A stretch of DNA of 33,857 nt from a virus. Lineage: Duplodnaviria > Caudoviricetes. A model generated the notes under the pieces. That model had not been told where the DNA came from. It saw only the letters and a list, made by a program, of their open reading frames with translations, and did not search any database. Of this stretch, positions 27,304 to 33,857 are shown in pieces. The DNA lies in IMG/VR virus record IMGVR_UViG_3300037780_000214, positions 1 through 33,857 of that record; one strand, 5' to 3'. The position numbers were made by a program, and so were the translations under genes. Each line of letters begins with the position of its first letter. Position 1 is the first letter of the stretch.

Positions 27304-27531
27304 TTAGGACCAAAGATTGACGGTCGCGCGGACTGGCGACGCGACCTTGGGCGGCATTCGAATTAGGGTTCCCATGGGCAGGTGCGTTCCCAGGTCCGCC
27401 AGACCGGGATTAGCGGCCAGTACCGCCTCCACCATCGCGGTATCTCCGTAGTGACGAAGACAAGCCTGGTCGACGGTCTCGCGATCGCGCGCGATGACAG
27501 TGGCGCCCCGGTTTGTCGTGTCGCCGGCCAC
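27304..27531 (-). CDS. X: Tail protein X
   Basis: ETVDQACLRHYG...VEAVLAANPGLA...LPMGT...VNLW. Confidence 0.92.
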   Translation of the reverse strand: MAGDTTNRGATVIARDRETVDQACLRHYGDTAMVEAVLAANPGLADLGTHLPMGTLIRMPPKVASPVRATVNLWS

Positions 27532-27542
27532 CGCTCCGCCCC

Positions 27543-28013
27543 TCAGATCAGTTCCACCGTCGACCGCGGGCGCCCCATCAGGCGCGCGACGGCTTCGGCG
27601 GATCGCCGCATGTAGTCGTCGATCGTATCCACCAGGGCGTCGGCGCGGTCGTGGCCTTCAGAGGTCGTGTCGTAATCGCGTTTGGCCTCGATCAGTGCGG
27701 CCCGGGTGCGGCAATAAACGGCGCTCCGGTAGTGCTGGACCAGCAGGGTCTCGCCGTCCGGCCCGTCGATCGAAGCGGCTGGGATTTCGGCAAGCGTCTG
27801 ATGTTCTGTCAGGCCGGTCCGCCAGGCGGACAGGATCGCGTTTGTCTCCGCGACGGCGCAGCGCAGTTCATGGAACATCCGATCCGGATCAATGTCGGTA
27901 CCCAGGCCCATTGCCGCCCGGAAGGAATTCAGCGAAATCGCCGGAAAGAATCCGTCATTCGCAATCTCACGGTCCGAGATTTCGGACGGCGCGTCGGGAA
28001 CGAAGGTCGGCAT
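27543..28013 (-). CDS. L: Head completion/stabilisation protein gpL
   Basis: NDGFFP.I...Y..AVY...RDYDTT..G...TVELI; ATG 28013 fits the GAGGA RBS better than 28022. Confidence 0.9.
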   Translation of the reverse strand: MPTFVPDAPSEISDREIANDGFFPAISLNSFRAAMGLGTDIDPDRMFHELRCAVAETNAILSAWRTGLTEHQTLAEIPAASIDGPDGETLLVQHYRSAVYCRTRAALIEAKRDYDTTSEGHDRADALVDTIDDYMRRSAEAVARLMGRPRSTVELI

Positions 28014-28049
28014 GCGCGGCATTCCTCATTGCGCCCGTTCCGTCCAGCG

Positions 28050-28103
28050 GACGGCGGAGGGGGCCTTGTCGCTCTTGCGAGAGACGCGGCCCCCGCCGCC
28101 GCC
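28050..28103 (-). other. Long RNA hairpin in the M-L intergenic region
   Basis: GGCGGCGG-C-GGGGGCC-GC-GTC-T-CTC-GCAA-GAG-C-GAC-AA-GGCCCCC-T-CCGCCGTC; GNRA loop; no U-tract. Confidence 0.6.
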
Positions 28104-28120
28104 GGGCCGGGGGGAGCCGG

Positions 28121-28927
28121 TTAAGACGGGGCGCCGCCGCCCTCCTTGGGCGGGGCCTTGCCGTCCGGTTTCGTCGACGGGGTTTCCAGGCGCTTGCGCA
28201 GCGCGTCGGCGCGTTTCTTCACGCCGGCCTTCGGATTCAGGCGCAGCGCGGCGTCGTAATGGTCCAGGGCGGCCAGGATCAGGGACTCGGCGCCTTCGCC
28301 GTCCGGCTGATTGGACCGCCATTCCAGCATCAGGCCCATCGCTTTCATCGCCTTCGCACGGACCGGGTCGAAGATGTCGGCATCCTTCGTCAGAGCGATG
28401 ACGTTCCGCAGGGTCTGATACAGATCCTCGGGCGGATCGCCGCCGGCATCGCAGACCGACAGAACGGCATCCGCGACGGTTTCCAGGACATAGTCCGGCG
28501 CCGGGCGGGCGAAGCGTTCCGGCAGGGCGAGCTGATAGTTCAACACGTATTCGAGCACCGGCATCGCGTCGTCGTATTGACCGCAATCCAGCAGCCAGAC
28601 CATGACGGTCGCGACGACATCGTCCTGCATGCCGGTACCGGCCGCGATGACGCCTTCGACATAGTCGGTGAAGGTCGGCAGGAACTCCCGCTTGGCCTCG
28701 ATCTTCTTCTCGATCGACTTGATGTCCTTCAATGCCAGTTCGTTGGCGCGAAGCTGCGCCAACATCAGGTCGTAGGACGTGCCGGACATCTGACGGGTGC
28801 CGCCGGTGCGCGGCCCGGCGATGCCGCCCCGCCGGGCCGCGCCTTCCCCCTCGGTAGACGCCGCCGCCCGCGCGCTGCGTTCGGCGACCGTCTTCTCGAA
28901 ATGACGGCGTGCGATGGATTTCGTCAT
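28121..28927 (-). CDS. M: Terminase small (endonuclease) subunit gpM
   Basis: LKDIKSIEKK...KREFLP...QDDVVATVMVW..D.G...AGVKK; ATG 28927. Confidence 0.92.
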   Translation of the reverse strand: MTKSIARRHFEKTVAERSARAAASTEGEGAARRGGIAGPRTGGTRQMSGTSYDLMLAQLRANELALKDIKSIEKKIEAKREFLPTFTDYVEGVIAAGTGMQDDVVATVMVWLLDCGQYDDAMPVLEYVLNYQLALPERFARPAPDYVLETVADAVLSVCDAGGDPPEDLYQTLRNVIALTKDADIFDPVRAKAMKAMGLMLEWRSNQPDGEGAESLILAALDHYDAALRLNPKAGVKKRADALRKRLETPSTKPDGKAPPKEGGGAPS

Positions 28928-29006
28928 GGTGCTTTCCCTTTCCCGTTCAATGGGGGCGGCCAGGGGTTGAACGCGGTCTCTCAGGCGTGCGGCGGACGTG
29001 CCGGGA

Positions 29007-30020
29007 TTACTCCCAACCGCCGGCGCCGTCCGGTTGCAGGATGCCTTCGACGAAGGCGCATTTTTCGTAATCCTCGACCACATAGGCCTCGTTGACGGAC
29101 TGGAAGTCCTCGACCCGGTCGCGTTCCGGCTTGTCCCGAATCGTCCGGCGCCGGCTGCCGGTTTGCCAGTAGATCGACAGGTTGGACTTCGACGTGATCA
29201 GGAAGGACGAACCCGGGAAGAAGGGAACGCGTTCGGTCGGCAGGGCGCCGAGTTGCTTGTTCGACATCAGCGTCCGCAGCGCGACGCGTTCGGTCGGGGC
29301 ATCGGAGGATTCGACCAGGGCCAGATACTTGTCGGCGATGATCCGGCGCCCGGCGATCACGACCAGATCGGGCGCTTCCTGATGCCAGGGGGCGATCAGC
29401 TCGTTGACCGCGTCGGTAACCGCGCCGTCCATGTTCTTGTAATCGGCGCCGGCCTGGTCGCCGACCCTGATGGCGGACAGGACGCGTTCCGGCGCGTTCG
29501 CGCGAAGCTGCTGAAGCCAGCCGATATTTACGTCCTGAAGAAGCGGATTCGTCACCGGGTCGGTGTTCGCTGCGGCCGACGTGCCGTTCCAGCCGATGGT
29601 CAGGCGGTCGCGGGCAATTTGCAGCGTGACCTGGTTGCGAAGGCGCTCCTGAAAGTCCGGGAACTTCGCCCACATATCCAGAAGCTGATAGCGGATATGC
29701 GTGTCGAAATCGGTCTTGAAGCACTCGTACTGATCGGCGGTCAGCGAATGCGGGTCGCTTGTCTGCCGGTCCGCTGCGGAGGTGTCGGTGCGCCGCGCGA
29801 TGGTCGAGCCGCTGCCCAGGCCCAGCTTCTCGCCCTTAATCTGGTCGACCGGGACGATGTTGATTTGGCCCAGGAATTCGGCGTTTTCCGCGATCCGGTC
29901 TTCGAGCTTCTGCTCGATCGTCGGTTCAACGGTAAAACTCTGCCGCGCGTCGACGCCGCCGTTCAGCTCGCCCTGGCGGTTGATATAGCCGTTGAACAGG
30001 GCGCGGGTCTCGTTTCGCAT
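29007..30020 (-). CDS. N: Major capsid protein, P2 family
   Basis: MRNETR..F...LDMWAKFPDFQ...NPLLQDVNIGWLQ...NEAYVVEDY. Confidence 0.97.
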   Translation of the reverse strand: MRNETRALFNGYINRQGELNGGVDARQSFTVEPTIEQKLEDRIAENAEFLGQINIVPVDQIKGEKLGLGSGSTIARRTDTSAADRQTSDPHSLTADQYECFKTDFDTHIRYQLLDMWAKFPDFQERLRNQVTLQIARDRLTIGWNGTSAAANTDPVTNPLLQDVNIGWLQQLRANAPERVLSAIRVGDQAGADYKNMDGAVTDAVNELIAPWHQEAPDLVVIAGRRIIADKYLALVESSDAPTERVALRTLMSNKQLGALPTERVPFFPGSSFLITSKSNLSIYWQTGSRRRTIRDKPERDRVEDFQSVNEAYVVEDYEKCAFVEGILQPDGAGGWE

Positions 30021-30083
30021 GTGTCGTGTCTCTCGGGTTCGGTGTCGGGTCGGGTTTCGTGCGGCGGTTCTGGTTTCGGGCGG

Positions 30084-30902
30084 TCAGCAGTCGGTGGCGT
30101 GCGTATCGGCCGGGCCGGTCGCCGGCGGACGCTGTCTGGTCGCGGGATCCGGCTCGCGCGAATGTTTCGTCAGCGCGGCCAGGTCGGCGGACAGCTTTTC
30201 CAGGGACTTCTTGATGTCGGTCTCGGCCGGGTCGACGGTCGGGGCGCGATCGATGCGGACGGACAGGTCCGCGATCGATTCCGCCATCGTCATCATCCCC
30301 TGTTCCAGGGCATTGAATCGCCCGTCGTCGCGCTTGCCGGCGCCGGACAGGATCGATTTCATCTTCTGAAGGAAGCCCTGGCCGTCGAAGGTCTCGGCCG
30401 GCGCGGCGTCCAGCGGCGCGTCCAGTTCCAGACCGTCGGAAATCACGGTATCCGGCAGGTCCGAACCGGACTTCAGGTCCTTCCGATGCTGCATGCTGAA
30501 GCGCAGCAATTCGGTCCCCAGCGATGCCGGCGTGTCGGTCACCGCCAGCCCGACCAGATAGGCCTCGCCGCTTTCCGCGAAGTTCGGGTCGACCTCGATC
30601 GACGTGAAGACCTTCTGCCGGCGCGTGTTCATTTCGATCAGCGCCGGTGTCGGCGCCAGTTCCGCCAGCAGGACCCGGGACCCGTCCGGACCGTCCTCCG
30701 CCTTCAGCGAGACCACGTCGCCATAGGCCGGGAAGGCGCCGTCCGGCAGGACCCCGCGCATATGTTCCAGCCAAATCCGGGCGCCGTACTTCGCGGGATC
30801 GTAGTTCTTCGCCATCTGATCTACCCATTCGGGTTTGATCTCCCGTCCGTCGATGGTTTTGCCGGATTGGGCGACTTTCACGAACTTGGTCTTGATGGTC
30901 AC
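30084..30902 (-). CDS. O: Capsid scaffolding protein/protease gpO
   Basis: G.TIDGREI...YDP..YGARIWLEH...YLVGLAVTDTPASLGTE; GTG 30902. Confidence 0.94.
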   Translation of the reverse strand: MTIKTKFVKVAQSGKTIDGREIKPEWVDQMAKNYDPAKYGARIWLEHMRGVLPDGAFPAYGDVVSLKAEDGPDGSRVLLAELAPTPALIEMNTRRQKVFTSIEVDPNFAESGEAYLVGLAVTDTPASLGTELLRFSMQHRKDLKSGSDLPDTVISDGLELDAPLDAAPAETFDGQGFLQKMKSILSGAGKRDDGRFNALEQGMMTMAESIADLSVRIDRAPTVDPAETDIKKSLEKLSADLAALTKHSREPDPATRQRPPATGPADTHATDC

Positions 30903-30986
30903 GGGATCGGCCTTCCGCTGTAGGGTGTCGGGGCATAGGGTCGGGCCATCGTAAGACCGGCGGACGCGCGAAGGGCAAAGGTCTAA

Positions 30987-31012
30987 GGGTTGGATATGCC
31001 CCATTCCAACCC
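30987..31012. promoter_or_regulatory. Late-promoter activator site between divergent O and P
   Basis: GGGTTGGA-N10-TCCAACCC, same arms and spacing as at 24538. Confidence 0.75.
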
Positions 31013-31056
31013 GATCGGGGCGGTCAGAATCCGGCGCCCGTGACTAGGGTCGCCGC

Positions 31057-32832
31057 ATGGCCGACCTGATCGATTTTCCCGAAGACCGGATCGTACGCAG
31101 CCCGCAGCAGCGGGCGCGCCTGCTTTTCTGGCTTGGATGGCGGGTCGCGGACATCGCCCGCGAACTGGACATCCCCTATCAAACGGTCGACGGGTGGAAG
31201 CGGCGGGAGAAATGGGAAGAAGCCCCGGCCCATGTGAAGGTCGAATCGCATGCCGAGGCGCGCCTGTGTCAGTTGATCGCCAAGACGGCGAAGACGGCGG
31301 CCGATTTCAACGAAATCGACAAACTGTCGAAGGTGATGGAACGGACCGCCCGCATCCGCCGCTATGAAGACGGCGGAACCGAGGCGGACCTCAATCCGAA
31401 GATCAAGGCCCGGGCCGAAGCAAAACAGGCCAAGAAGAACTTCCTGACCGATGAACAGGTCGGGAAACTGGTCGACGCATTCGAGACCGTCCGCTTCTGC
31501 TATCAGGCGGCTTGGTCGGCGGTCCGCGAAGATGCGCGGATCCGCAACATCCTGAAGTCCCGCCAGATCGGCGCGACCTGGTATTTCGCGCGGGAAGCGA
31601 TCGTGTCCGCCGCAGTCGACGGGGACAATCAAATCTTCCTGTCGGCTTCGAAGAAACAGGCGCTCGTGTTCCGGCGCTATATCGTCCAGTTCGTTCGCGA
31701 GGTGACGGGCGTCGAACTGAAGGGCGATCCGATCGAACTATGGAACGGCGCCGAACTGCACTTCCTCGGGACCAACAACCGGACGGCGCAGAGCTACCAC
31801 GGCCATGTCTATGTCGACGAATATTTCTGGATTCCGAAGTTCAAGGAGTTCCGGAAAGTCGTGTCGGCCATGGCGACGCATAAGCAATGGCGCCAAACCT
31901 ACATGTCGACCCCGTCGACGGTCAGCCATCCGGCTTATGGCTTCTGGAACGGCGATTCGTACAACGAGGGACGGGCCGAAGCGGAAAAGGTCGAAATCGA
32001 CGTTTCCCACGCCGCCCTGAAGGACGGGAAGGTCTGCCCGGATGGGCAATGGCGCCAGGTCGTGACCGTGTTCGACGCCCTGGCCGGCGGATGCGACCTG
32101 TTCGACTTGGACGCGCTGCACCGCGAATACAACGAACAGGACTTCGCGAACCTCTATAATTGCGAATTCATCGACGATCACATTTCCTTCTTCAAGCTGA
32201 AGAAGCTGCAGGCGTGCATGGTCGATACCTGGACCGCATGGGCGGATGTCGATCCGTTCAACCTGCGGCCCTACGACGGCGAAGTCTGGATCGGCTACGA
32301 TCCGTCGCGGTTCCGCGACGCTGCGGCCATCGTCGTCGTGGCACCGCCGAAGGTCGAAGGCGGCTTCTACCGGATCATCGAACGGCTGTCCTTCCGCGAC
32401 ACGGATTTCGAAACACAGGCCGCGGCCATCAAGGAATTGTGCGACCGGTACCGGGTCAGCCATATCGGGATCGATACGTCCACCATCGGCCGCGGCGTGT
32501 TCGAACTGGTCAAGAAATTCTTCCCGGCCGCGATGGCGATCACCTATTCGGTCGAAGTGAAGAACAGCCTGGTCTTGCGCGCCGCTCAGATCATCGATCG
32601 CCGGCGCCTGCAATTCGATGCCGGCTGGACCGATCTCGCCTCCGCCTTCCTGACCATCCGCAAGACGGCGACCGCATCCGGGCGCCAGACGACGTTCCAG
32701 GCCGATCGGTCGGAATCGACCGGGCATGCGGATGAGGCATGGGCGGTCATGCACGCGCTGGCCGCCGAAAAACTCGGGCCGCTCGACGGGCCGATGCCGC
32801 AACAATCCAAATCATTCGTGGAGATGTATTGA
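31057..32832 (+). CDS. P: Terminase large (ATPase) subunit gpP
   Basis: N-terminal HTH; KSRQIGAT, VYVDEYFW, IGYDPS and GHAD.AWA motifs. Confidence 0.96.
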   Translation: MADLIDFPEDRIVRSPQQRARLLFWLGWRVADIARELDIPYQTVDGWKRREKWEEAPAHVKVESHAEARLCQLIAKTAKTAADFNEIDKLSKVMERTARIRRYEDGGTEADLNPKIKARAEAKQAKKNFLTDEQVGKLVDAFETVRFCYQAAWSAVREDARIRNILKSRQIGATWYFAREAIVSAAVDGDNQIFLSASKKQALVFRRYIVQFVREVTGVELKGDPIELWNGAELHFLGTNNRTAQSYHGHVYVDEYFWIPKFKEFRKVVSAMATHKQWRQTYMSTPSTVSHPAYGFWNGDSYNEGRAEAEKVEIDVSHAALKDGKVCPDGQWRQVVTVFDALAGGCDLFDLDALHREYNEQDFANLYNCEFIDDHISFFKLKKLQACMVDTWTAWADVDPFNLRPYDGEVWIGYDPSRFRDAAAIVVVAPPKVEGGFYRIIERLSFRDTDFETQAAAIKELCDRYRVSHIGIDTSTIGRGVFELVKKFFPAAMAITYSVEVKNSLVLRAAQIIDRRRLQFDAGWTDLASAFLTIRKTATASGRQTTFQADRSESTGHADEAWAVMHALAAEKLGPLDGPMPQQSKSFVEMY

Positions 32833-33857
32833 TGTCCGAAACGACGGAACAGGCTCAGACACCGGGGGGTATCGAAATTTTCGGTTTCGGCGACCCGCTT
32901 CCCGTGATCGACGGCCGGGACTTCCTCGGCTACTTCCGCAGCGCCTGGCAGGGCACCTATTACGAACCGCCGATCAGTCTCGACGGTTTGGCGAAGTCGC
33001 TCCGGGCGAGCGTGCATCATGAAAGCGCGATCCGGATGAAGGCGAACGTCCTTGCGAGCTGCTATGTCGGTCACCGGCTCCTGAAGCGGGGCGCGTTCCG
33101 GCGGATGGTTATGGACCATCTGGTCTTCGGGAACTCCTACCTTCAGCGGATCGAGAACGCCTTCGGCGGGTTGATCGGCCTGGAACCGCCCAAGGCCCGG
33201 TATGTCCGCGTCGCCAAGGAAGGCCGGATCTATCAGATCGCGGAAAGCGGCCTGTTCGAATTCAAGAAGGGGACCGTTTTCCACCTCATGGATCCGGACG
33301 TGGATCAAGAGATTTACGGCACGCCGGGTTACGTCTCCGCCCTGCAGTCCGCCTTCCTCAACGAGGCGGCGACCCTGTTCCGCCGGAAATACTACATCAA
33401 CGGATCGCATGCCGGCTTCATTTTGTACCTGTCGGACGCCGCGCACTCGACAGAGGATATCGAAGCGATCCGCGCCGCCCTGAAGGACGCCAAGGGCATC
33501 GGGAACTTCAAGAACCTGTTCGTCTATTCGCCCGGCGGCAAGGAGAACGGGCTGAAGATCATCCCGATCGCTGAGGTCGCGGCCAAGGACGAATTCCTCA
33601 ACATCAAGAACGTCACCCGCGACGACGTTCTGGCCGCGCACCGCGTCCCGCCGGCGCTCATGGGGATCGTTCCGAGCAATAACGCCGGCTTCGGCAATGC
33701 CGAGACCGCGGCCAAGGTCTTCGCCCGCAACGAAATCGCGCCGTTGCAAGAGATGTTCAAGGAAATCAACGACTGGATCGGCGACGAAATCGTCCGGTTC
33801 AACCCCTACACGATCGAACCGGAAAGCGCGGCGGCGCCCGGCGCCACCATGACCTGA
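32832..33857 (+). CDS. Q: Portal protein gpQ (PBSX family)
   Basis: YYEPPIS..GLAK...QEIYG.P.Y...YY.NGSHAGFI...AAHRVPP.LMG; ATG 32832 overlaps the P stop. Confidence 0.96.
   Translation: MSETTEQAQTPGGIEIFGFGDPLPVIDGRDFLGYFRSAWQGTYYEPPISLDGLAKSLRASVHHESAIRMKANVLASCYVGHRLLKRGAFRRMVMDHLVFGNSYLQRIENAFGGLIGLEPPKARYVRVAKEGRIYQIAESGLFEFKKGTVFHLMDPDVDQEIYGTPGYVSALQSAFLNEAATLFRRKYYINGSHAGFILYLSDAAHSTEDIEAIRAALKDAKGIGNFKNLFVYSPGGKENGLKIIPIAEVAAKDEFLNIKNVTRDDVLAAHRVPPALMGIVPSNNAGFGNAETAAKVFARNEIAPLQEMFKEINDWIGDEIVRFNPYTIEPESAAAPGATMT

Larger units (their letters stand above)
1..33857. mobile_element. P2-like (phiCTX-type organisation) prophage, integrase to portal
   Basis: Complete syntenic set of P2-type head, tail and baseplate genes plus integrase, repressor, Ogr-like activator and primase-helicase; no obvious frameshifted structural gene. 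Ends (att, cos) lie outside the window. Confidence 0.96.

Noticed and set aside
27494-30923. Long plus-strand ORFs (533 aa, 641 aa) and similar ones at 18285-19664, 22574-23761 and 25971-27320
   Set aside because: Antisense shadows of well-supported structural genes in GC-rich DNA; no motifs, Arg/Gly/Pro-rich composition
1-33857. CRISPR array, tRNA, att/cos sites, DGR reverse transcriptase or tail-fibre invertase
   Set aside because: None recognised by eye; the window starts and ends exactly at CDS boundaries, so the termini are not included

Overview
The window is essentially the whole coding region of a P2-like (phiCTX-type gene order) temperate myovirus prophage, running from integrase to portal. 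The host is probably an alphaproteobacterium (GC-rich codons, GcrA-like and PAS_5-like domains). Gene order: int(+); an AT-rich HEPN moron(+); a leftward early operon (28-aa leader ORF, two hypotheticals, Ogr-like activator, mini-GcrA, primase-helicase, two DNA methyltransferases, ASCH, XRE regulator, hypothetical, xis); repressor(+); an accessory island (GNAT-like protein convergent with an HTH-PAS regulator, plus small membrane proteins); then the P2-type tail, lysis, head and packaging genes (D,U,T,E/E',FII,FI,H,I,J,W,V,S,R,lysis,X,L,M,N,O on minus; P,Q on plus). The most unusual elements are the HTH-PAS/GNAT-like pair beside the repressor, a lysis cassette of lipoprotein + class-3 lipase + GH108 endolysin with no canonical holin or spanins, a GcrA C-terminal-only protein next to Ogr, and the HEPN moron. 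All calls come from motif recognition and synteny; no database searches were run. att and cos sites are not visible in the window.
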